Origin: a virus
Taxonomy: Duplodnaviria; Heunggongvirae; Uroviricota; Caudoviricetes
IMG/VR virus record: IMGVR_UViG_2541047735_000003
Span: 1-40,965 of that record
Reading direction: 5' to 3' (one strand)
DNA: 40,965 bases
Shown here: in pieces, positions 34,452 through 40,965 of the stretch
Layout: each line of letters begins with the position of its first letter
Numbering within the stretch: position 1 is the stretch's first letter
Position numbers and translations under genes: made by a program
The notes under the pieces: model-generated
What the model was told of the DNA's origin: nothing
The model's database searches: none
The model's input: the letters and a program-made list of their open reading frames with translations, nothing else

Positions 34452-37400
34452 ATGACGGTCTCAACCGAAGTTGACCACAACGAATACACCGGTAACGGCG
34501 TTACGACATCGTTTCCGTATACTTTTCGAATTTTCAGAAAATCAGACCTGGTTGTTCAGGTGTCTGACCTGAACGGGAACGTAACAGAATTGGTTCTGGA
34601 TACCGGTTATACGGTAACTGGGGCGGGCACTTATAGTGGCGGTGCAGTGGTTCTTCCGTCGCCGCTTGCTGCTGGCTGGCGAATCACGATAGAGCGTGTG
34701 CTTGATGTGGTGCAGGAGACAGACCTTCGCAATCAGGGAAAATTTTTCCCCGAAGTGCATGAAGATGCCTTTGACTACCTGACGATGCTGATCCAGCAAT
34801 GTTTTGGGTGGTTCAGACGTGCATTGATGAAACCATCTTTGCTTGCAAAATATTACGATGCAAAGCAAAACAAAATTTCTAACCTTGCAGATCCATCATT
34901 TGAGCAGGACGCTGTAAATAATCGCTCAATGCGTAATTATGTCGATGCTGCAATCGCCGGGGTTGTTGGTGGTTTTGGTTGGTTTATTCAGTATGGTTCT
35001 GGGGCTGTGTACCGAACGTTCCAGGATAAAATGCGTGATGCTATTAGCCCCAAAGATTTTGGAGCTGTTGGTGATGGTATAAATGACGATTCCACTGCAA
35101 TAAGCGCGTGCCTTGAAGCCTCATCTCCAGGTTATAAAATTGACGGATTAGGGCTTACTTTTAAAGTATCAACTCTTCCGGATGTCAGTCGATTTAAAAA
35201 TGCTCGTTTTTTATTTGAGAGAATACCGGGCCAGCCTCTTTTTTATGCTTCTGAAGATTTTATCCAGGGAGAGTTATTTAAAATTACAGATACACCGTGG
35301 TACAACGCCTGGACGCAGGATAAAACGTTTGTATATGACAATGTCATCTATGCGCCTTTTATGGCTGGAGACCGCCATGGTGTAAATAACCTCCATGTTG
35401 CATGGGTTCGCTCAGGAGATGACGGGAAGACCTGGACAACGCCGGAATGGCTTACAGATTTACATGAAAACTATCCCACAGTTAACTATCACTGCATGAG
35501 TATGGGGGTTGTCAGAAATCGCCTTTTTGCTGTAATTGAGACGCGGACCGTGAGCGGAAATAAACTGCAGGTTGCAGAGTTGTGGGATCGCCCAATGAGT
35601 CGCAGCCTTCGCGTTTATGGTGGTATAACGAAAGCAGCAAATCAGCAAGTCGCTTATATTCGCATTACTGATCACGGATTATTTGCTGGTGATTTTGTCA
35701 ACTTCTCAAACTCTGGTGTTACAGGTGTTACCGGGAATATGACGGTGACTACTGTTATTGATAAAAATACTTTTACAGTTACGACGCAAAATACCCAGGA
35801 TGTGGATCAGAATAACGAGGGTAGATACTGGAGTTTTGGTACATCATTTCACTCGTCACCATGGAGAAAAACCAGTCTTGGAACTATTCCTTCTTTTGTT
35901 GACGGAAGCACTCCTGTTACTGAGATTCACAGTTTTGCGACGATTAGCGATAACAGTTTTGCTGTTGGCTACCATAATGGTGATATTGGTCCACGCGAGC
36001 TTGGGATACTCTATTTCTCTGATGCTTTCGGTTCTCCTGGTAGCTTTGTTCGCAGACGCATACCTGCAGAATATGAGGCGAATGCATCTGAGCCATGTGT
36101 AAAATATTATGATGGCATTCTGTATCTGACGACCAGGGGGACATTAAGTACTCAACCCGGTAGTTCATTGCACAGAAGCTCTGATTTAGGTACATCATGG
36201 AATTCTCTTCGCTTCCCAAATAATGTTCATCACTCAAACCTTCCTTTTGCCAAAGTTGGCGATGAGCTGATTATTTTTGGCAGTGAGCGCGCATTTGGTG
36301 AGTGGGAAGGAGGAGAACCTGATAACCGTTATGCAGGAAATTATCCAAGAACATTTATGACCAGAGTTAACGTCAATGAGTGGAGTCTGGATAATGTAGA
36401 GTGGGTTAATGTTACTGATCAGATTTATCAGGGCGGAATAGTTAACTCTGCGGTTGGTGTTGGTTCAGTTTGTATCAAAGACAACTGGCTGTACTACATT
36501 TTCGGTGGGGAAGACTTTCTAAACCCATGGAGCATAGGGGATAACAACAGAAAATATCCTTATTTTCACGATGGTCACCCGGCTGATTTGTATTGTTTCA
36601 GGGTGAAAATTAAACAGGAAGAATTTGTTTCAAGGGATTTTGTCTACGGAGCCACTCCTAACAGAACGCTTCCTACTTTTATGTCGACGTCAGGCGTGAG
36701 GACGGTTCCTGTACCCGTTGATTTCACAGATGATGTTGCCGTCCAGTCACTGACTGTCCATGCAGGTACATCAGGACAAGTTCGCGCGGAAGTCAAACTT
36801 GAGGGTAATTACGCCATTATTGCGAAGAAAGTACCGTCTGATGATGTTACCGCTCAGAGATTAATCGTTAGCGGCGGTGAAACAACGTCTTCAGCAGATG
36901 GTGCAATGATAACGTTGCATGGTTCCGGAAGCAGTACTCCACGTCGCGCGGTATATAACGCACTCGAACATCTTTTTGAGAACGGAGATGTTAAACCTTA
37001 TCTTGATAATGTAAATGCTCTTGGTGGTCCGGGAAACAGGTTCTCGACAGTTTATCTTGGCTCCAATCCTGTGGTTACCAGTGACGGAACATTAAAGACA
37101 GAGCCGGTCTCTCCTGACGAAGCATTGCTGGATGCCTGGGGTGACGTCAGGTATATCGCTTATAAATGGCTGAACGCTGTCGCTATAAAGGGGGAAGAAG
37201 GGGCGAGGATACATCATGGTGTAATCGCGCAGCAACTTCGTGATGTTCTTATTTCTCACGGACTCATGGAAGAAGAAAGCACAACATGCCGCTATGCCTT
37301 TCTTTGCTATGACGATTATCCCGCAGTATATGATGACGTCATTACTGGCCAAAGGGAAATGCCGCTGACTGATAATGACGGGAGCATCATTGTTGATGAG

Positions 37401-37571
37401 GATGATAATCCAGTGATGGTAATAGAAGACATCATTGAGCGCGTTGAAATAACGCCAGCAGGATCTAGATGGGGGGTCAGACCTGATCTCTTATTCTATA
37501 TCGAGGCAGCATGGCAGCGCAGAGAAATGGATAAGATAAAAGAGCGGGTTCAGTCTCTGGAAGAACGTTAA
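34452..37571 (+). CDS. Tailspike / receptor-binding protein with sialidase-like domain and C-terminal chaperone
   Basis: 1039 aa; two Asp-box motifs (SGDDGKTW, SSDLGTSW); C-terminal SDGTLKTEPV...HHGVIAQQLRDVL resembles the autoproteolytic S74 chaperone domain of endosialidase-type tail proteins. Confidence 0.8.
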   Translation: MTVSTEVDHNEYTGNGVTTSFPYTFRIFRKSDLVVQVSDLNGNVTELVLDTGYTVTGAGTYSGGAVVLPSPLAAGWRITIERVLDVVQETDLRNQGKFFPEVHEDAFDYLTMLIQQCFGWFRRALMKPSLLAKYYDAKQNKISNLADPSFEQDAVNNRSMRNYVDAAIAGVVGGFGWFIQYGSGAVYRTFQDKMRDAISPKDFGAVGDGINDDSTAISACLEASSPGYKIDGLGLTFKVSTLPDVSRFKNARFLFERIPGQPLFYASEDFIQGELFKITDTPWYNAWTQDKTFVYDNVIYAPFMAGDRHGVNNLHVAWVRSGDDGKTWTTPEWLTDLHENYPTVNYHCMSMGVVRNRLFAVIETRTVSGNKLQVAELWDRPMSRSLRVYGGITKAANQQVAYIRITDHGLFAGDFVNFSNSGVTGVTGNMTVTTVIDKNTFTVTTQNTQDVDQNNEGRYWSFGTSFHSSPWRKTSLGTIPSFVDGSTPVTEIHSFATISDNSFAVGYHNGDIGPRELGILYFSDAFGSPGSFVRRRIPAEYEANASEPCVKYYDGILYLTTRGTLSTQPGSSLHRSSDLGTSWNSLRFPNNVHHSNLPFAKVGDELIIFGSERAFGEWEGGEPDNRYAGNYPRTFMTRVNVNEWSLDNVEWVNVTDQIYQGGIVNSAVGVGSVCIKDNWLYYIFGGEDFLNPWSIGDNNRKYPYFHDGHPADLYCFRVKIKQEEFVSRDFVYGATPNRTLPTFMSTSGVRTVPVPVDFTDDVAVQSLTVHAGTSGQVRAEVKLEGNYAIIAKKVPSDDVTAQRLIVSGGETTSSADGAMITLHGSGSSTPRRAVYNALEHLFENGDVKPYLDNVNALGGPGNRFSTVYLGSNPVVTSDGTLKTEPVSPDEALLDAWGDVRYIAYKWLNAVAIKGEEGARIHHGVIAQQLRDVLISHGLMEEESTTCRYAFLCYDDYPAVYDDVITGQREMPLTDNDGSIIVDEDDNPVMVIEDIIERVEITPAGSRWGVRPDLLFYIEAAWQRREMDKIKERVQSLEER

Positions 37572-37577
37572 AAAAAA

Positions 37578-37597
37578 GCCCGCAAAATATTGCGGGT
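37578..37597. terminator. Stem-loop after tailspike gene
   Basis: GCCCGCAA-AATA-TTGCGGGT preceded by an A-run; strongest as a minus-strand terminator. Confidence 0.45.
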
Positions 37598-37877
37598 ATC
37601 AAAAACGGAGTTGGTGAAAAGTTATCTTTGAATTCTATCATGAATCAGTACGTATTTTAAATACATGTTCAGGTTTATTACACCATAGCATTATTAAATA
37701 CAAAATTAAGTCTATGGTTCCTGTACAACTGCCCCCACTCTGCTGGCTCGTTCTGTAAAATCATTAGTACTTTTATTGAGATATATGATATGGAACAATA
37801 ATGATTCATATATGGTTTACTATGCGGGTTTAGTCATCAATAATTGACTGGCTTATAGATAGTAAACAGGAGAAAGT

Positions 37878-38150
37878 ATGTCTGCTCAAGTAACAAGTGA
37901 GCAATTAAATCAGTTGCTTAGTTTTGGTTCTCTTGCTGCAGTTATTGCAGGTGTCCCTCCGGAGGTTGCTTTAGGGGCTTTGGCTGGGGGCGGTAATTTT
38001 TGTTACCTCTGCAGTAGAGTACCCCATCCGTCGCCGGGTGCTCCTGTCGATGCTCAGCTTTCTTTGCGGCCTTCTCTTTTACAAACCAGCAGCATCAATT
38101 CTTATCGGCATAGCCAGCCTGATCCCTACCATCACGCAGGACTCTTTTGA
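37878..38150 (+). CDS. Hypothetical membrane protein, possible holin N-terminal part
   Basis: Strong AGGAGA RBS; hydrophobic N-terminal segment; C-terminal part of this frame is Pro/Ser-rich and overlaps the next frame, so the gene model is uncertain. Confidence 0.35.
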   Translation: MSAQVTSEQLNQLLSFGSLAAVIAGVPPEVALGALAGGGNFCYLCSRVPHPSPGAPVDAQLSLRPSLLQTSSINSYRHSQPDPYHHAGLF

Positions 38151-38283
38151 AAAAGGGATTGTTTTCTCTGCAGGCGCATTCGTGTCAGCAATTGTCGCTG
38201 TGCGTATTGGTATATGGCTCTATCACCGTTCCGATAATCCACGCGAGTTAATTCCGGGGAGAAAAGACGATGGTAACGCATGA
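38038..38283 (+). CDS. Holin-like protein (two TM segments, charged C-terminus)
   Basis: 81 aa with two hydrophobic helices and C-terminal [19 protein letters not shown]; upstream of the endolysin. Confidence 0.5.
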   Translation: MLLSMLSFLCGLLFYKPAASILIGIASLIPTITQDSFEKGIVFSAGAFVSAIVAVRIGIWLYHRSDNPRELIPGRKDDGNA

Positions 38284-38578
38284 GTTTTTTTTGCTTATCA
38301 CTAATGCAGTTATTTGCACTGGCATAGCAATTCGCGTTGTCACATTCCGGCGTAACGGCTCTCAACATCGAAGGTGGGGAGGATGGCTTGCTTATTTCCT
38401 GATTGTTGCTGCGGCCAGTATTCCTGTTCGAGTCGCCTATGCAATCTGGTTACGTACGCCAATGGCTGTGGATTTATCTGAGGTCATTATCAACGCTGTC
38501 ATGCTGGCTGCGGTTATTAAAACGCGCGGTAACGTCGTTCAAATTTTTAAAGTATCGAGGTCTAAACATGGAGATTAA
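38270..38578 (+). CDS. Holin/antiholin-like membrane protein (three TM segments)
   Basis: 102 aa with three hydrophobic helices; overlaps the endolysin start by 11 nt. Confidence 0.5.
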   Translation: MVTHEFFLLITNAVICTGIAIRVVTFRRNGSQHRRWGGWLAYFLIVAAASIPVRVAYAIWLRTPMAVDLSEVIINAVMLAAVIKTRGNVVQIFKVSRSKHGD

Positions 38579-39197
38579 ACAATTCCAGCGAGCTGCTGGT
38601 ATCAGCGAGGCACTGGCCGCACGCTGGTTCTCGCATATAACTTCTGCGATGAAAGAGTTTGGTATCAGCAAAGCAGAAGATCAGGCAATGTTTATTGCTC
38701 AAGTCGGGCATGAGTCTGGGGGCTTCACCAGGTTGCAGGAGAATTTCAACTACAGTGTCAGCGGACTGGCTAACTTCGTTCGGGCTGGGCGTCTCACTCA
38801 GGGGCAGGCTAATGCACTGGGGCGCCGTGCTGGTGAACCACCATTGCCACTTGAGCGCCAGCGCGCGATCGCAAATCTGGTATACAGCAAACGCATGGGG
38901 AACAATGCCCCTGGTGATGGCTGGAATTACCGAGGGCGCGGACTTATCCAGATTACCGGTTTGAATAACTATCGTGATTGCGGAAACGGTCTGAAGGTTG
39001 ACCTGCTGGAGAGCCCTGAACTGCTGGCGCAGGACGAATATGCGGCTCGTAGCGCGGCGTGGTTCTTCGCCAGCAAAGGATGCATGAAGTATACCGGCGA
39101 TATTGCACGTGTAACTCTGATTATCAATGGTGGCCGGAACGGCATCGACGACCGGCGAGCGCGGTACATCACTGCCAGTAAGGTGCTGGCGGTATGA
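38568..39197 (+). CDS. Endolysin (GH19 chitinase-like lysozyme)
   Basis: Start ATG 38568 ([12 protein letters not shown]); motifs [12 protein letters not shown] and GRGLIQITG typical of GH19-type endolysins. Confidence 0.8.
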   Translation: MEIKQFQRAAGISEALAARWFSHITSAMKEFGISKAEDQAMFIAQVGHESGGFTRLQENFNYSVSGLANFVRAGRLTQGQANALGRRAGEPPLPLERQRAIANLVYSKRMGNNAPGDGWNYRGRGLIQITGLNNYRDCGNGLKVDLLESPELLAQDEYAARSAAWFFASKGCMKYTGDIARVTLIINGGRNGIDDRRARYITASKVLAV

Positions 39198-39676
39198 TCT
39201 GGGCATTCGTAAAAGCATACTGGAAACAGTTTCTTATCGTGGCAGTGCTTGCTGTTCTGGTCATATCAGGAGTGGTTGCCTGGAATATACACGGCAGTCG
39301 CCAGTACGATGCCGGGTATGCTCAGGCGGAAGAAGACAGCAAAGCCGAAGAAGACAAAGTTCGTCAGTACTACGAACAGGAGAAAGTGACCAATGAACGT
39401 GAAGCTCAGCAGAGGATCGACCAGGCGCGCAATGATGCTCTTGATGCTGCCGCTAGCGCTGGCCGGTTGCAGCAACAACTCTTTGCCATCCGTGAGCAGC
39501 TCAGGCAGTATAACGCCATTGTCGGCGCTGGGTCGTCAGCCGCAGACACCGGAGTTTTGCTTGCCGACGTGCTCAGCAAATCTCTCGAGAGAAACAGACA
39601 ACTGGCAGAGTATGCTGACCGGGCAGCCGAAGCCGGAAGAGTCTGCGAAAAACAGTACGACACTTTGACCAGATAG
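39194..39676 (+). CDS. i-spanin (Rz-like)
   Basis: 160 aa; N-terminal TM helix followed by a charged coiled-coil periplasmic region; overlaps the endolysin stop. Confidence 0.7.
   Translation: MIWAFVKAYWKQFLIVAVLAVLVISGVVAWNIHGSRQYDAGYAQAEEDSKAEEDKVRQYYEQEKVTNEREAQQRIDQARNDALDAAASAGRLQQQLFAIREQLRQYNAIVGAGSSAADTGVLLADVLSKSLERNRQLAEYADRAAEAGRVCEKQYDTLTR
39393..39668 (+). CDS. o-spanin (Rz1-like lipoprotein) embedded in the Rz frame
   Basis: ORF in the +1 frame inside Rz; signal peptide with lipobox LALAGCS; AGGAGA upstream of ATG 39393; alternative start 39432. Confidence 0.55.
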   Translation: MNVKLSRGSTRRAMMLLMLPLALAGCSNNSLPSVSSSGSITPLSALGRQPQTPEFCLPTCSANLSRETDNWQSMLTGQPKPEESAKNSTTL

Positions 39677-39828
39677 CATGGCATTTTTCATGGTACTGAT
39701 TTCCGGTGACGGTATATAAAACGGTACGGGAAAAATTGAGATTTGGAAAAATGTTATCACTCAATTGGTTATGGTTGTCGTAAATAATTGAGTGGGAATG
39801 ATTTGACCCTGCACTATGAATGAACAAA

Positions 39829-39856
39829 ACCCTCTGTTACTACAGAGGGTTTTTTT
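39829..39856 (+). terminator. Intrinsic terminator at right end of prophage
   Basis: ACCCTCTG-TTACTA-CAGAGGGT followed by seven T; lies between the lysis operon and the convergent host-like gene. Confidence 0.65.
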
Positions 39857-39894
39857 ATCCTAAAGAATTATAGGTTTGAAGTTACTAACATCGT

Positions 39895-40434
39895 TTAGTT
39901 AAACCAGCTATCTGATTTATTCTCTTCTGCTTTACCCACGCTTTTCATCAGATCGCGACCGCCTTCAGTCATATTTCTGTTTGCGTCAGCTTCAGATTGC
40001 ACCACATCGGTTTGCGCAGCTTTGTGCTTCAGTTCCTGATCGATAAATTCGTTTTCGCGCTTGACGCGGGCTTCTTCTTTCGCCAGCGCCAGTTTTTGTT
40101 TCTGAATCTCTAAGCTACGTAGCTCATCTTCATAACTTTGATCGCGTTTTTTGTCCGCAGTGGCTTCGGCGTCCAGTTTATCCTGACGAGCTTTCTTATT
40201 CGCTGCTGCCGTTGCCGCTCTTTTATTAGCCGCGGCCTGGGCGTTTGCGCGACGTTGCTTCTCTTGCTGGATTTCCCTGTTGCGCTCCGCGACCCATTCG
40301 TCATGCTGCCTTTGCTCTTCATTTTTACCTTGCTGTTCCGCTTCTGCGACAGCCGAGAGTTGATCCTGCAATGATGAGGCGATAGCCGGATAGCTTAAGG
40401 AGGCTAAGATGGCGCAAAGAAAAACTTTCTTCAT
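39895..40434 (-). CDS. Periplasmic coiled-coil protein with signal peptide (host-like)
   Basis: 179 aa; signal-peptide-like MKKVFLCAILASLSYPAIA then Lys/Glu/Ala-rich helical sequence; convergent with the phage lysis operon across a terminator. Confidence 0.5.
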   Translation of the reverse strand: MKKVFLCAILASLSYPAIASSLQDQLSAVAEAEQQGKNEEQRQHDEWVAERNREIQQEKQRRANAQAAANKRAATAAANKKARQDKLDAEATADKKRDQSYEDELRSLEIQKQKLALAKEEARVKRENEFIDQELKHKAAQTDVVQSEADANRNMTEGGRDLMKSVGKAEENKSDSWFN

Positions 40435-40449
40435 GACTCCTCCTGATTA

Positions 40450-40965
40450 TTAGCTCTTTTCAGGACATTTGGTATTTGGCTGAATACGCGTTTCGTTATA
40501 CGTCGTGGTAATAACAACGGCTAAACCTGTCGTAAACTGGCACTCTTTACCCACCTGGGTGGAGGTATACACTTTGGTGCCTTCCTTATATGTTAAAGAA
40601 ACACCTTCCACTAAGGTTTTATCATTCACCATAGAACCCGCTGCCGCGCCTACAGCTCCGCCGCCAACTGCACCTGCCGTCGTTCCGGAATTGCTGCCAG
40701 ACCCGACGTTGTGGCCGATAACACCGCCAGCGACAGCGCCAATAAGCGCGCCGAAGGCTTGTGCGTTCCGTTTATTTTGGGCGTTGTCTACGGCAACTTT
40801 TGCGGGAAGAATGGAAATAATATTAACGGTTTTAGTTTCTTGTTTGGTATTCAGTTGATCGGTTTGATAAACATCGGCGGCATGATCATCAGCATTTGAC
40901 TGGCATCCTGCCAGAGTGAATGACGCTAACATTGCCACAGGCAGAAGACATTTTTTAAATTTCAT
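40450..40965 (-). CDS. Lipoprotein with glycine-zipper segment (host-like)
   Basis: 171 aa; lipobox LAGC after a signal peptide; Gly/Ala-rich glycine-zipper-like segment; start codon at the last three bases of the window. Confidence 0.5.
   Translation of the reverse strand: MKFKKCLLPVAMLASFTLAGCQSNADDHAADVYQTDQLNTKQETKTVNIISILPAKVAVDNAQNKRNAQAFGALIGAVAGGVIGHNVGSGSNSGTTAGAVGGGAVGAAAGSMVNDKTLVEGVSLTYKEGTKVYTSTQVGKECQFTTGLAVVITTTYNETRIQPNTKCPEKS

Noticed and set aside
1-40965. CRISPR array or rRNA genes
   Set aside because: No regularly spaced direct repeats with unique spacers and no rRNA-like conserved stretches were seen; the repeats present are operators, iterons and inverted gene duplications.

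Overview
The window is almost entirely one temperate prophage (about 39.8 kb, from a P4-type integrase at base 1 to a terminator near 39.85 kb), followed by two host-like envelope genes on the minus strand. All calls are from reading the sequence and the ORF track; no database search was possible, so family names are motif-level recollections. Order: integrase; leftward early operon (small ORFs, MT-A70 adenine methyltransferase, AlpA-like, RecT, YqaJ exonuclease); immunity region (CI-like repressor with no S24 autocleavage domain, Cro-like, tripartite operator); replication genes (O-like with intragenic iterons, P-like); small nin-like genes; terminase small and large; a minus-strand moron with a phage tRNA-Arg(UCU); a podovirus-type structural module (portal, scaffold, major capsid, tail hub, three large internal/ejection proteins, no tape measure or sheath); an accessory region; a 1039-aa tailspike; and a lysis cassette (holin-like genes, GH19-like endolysin, Rz/Rz1). 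Main hunting results: (1) a 15-bp palindrome TTACC-N5-GGTAA at 14 intergenic sites, including the cI/cro operators and the upstream regions of terminase, portal, antirepressor and tailspike genes; (2) a near-consensus LexA box directly upstream of a small stand-alone antirepressor C-domain gene, suggesting SOS induction through an antirepressor; (3) two convergent Bro-N antirepressor paralogs with near-identical 3' halves and conserved promoter-hairpin-terminator leaders, flanking an AT-rich cargo with a YafO-like toxin candidate and an unrecognised basic partner; (4) a 14-bp palindrome TGTGACATGTCACG present three times at module junctions; (5) a tailspike with sialidase-type Asp boxes and a C-terminal S74-type chaperone. 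No CRISPR array or rRNA was seen.
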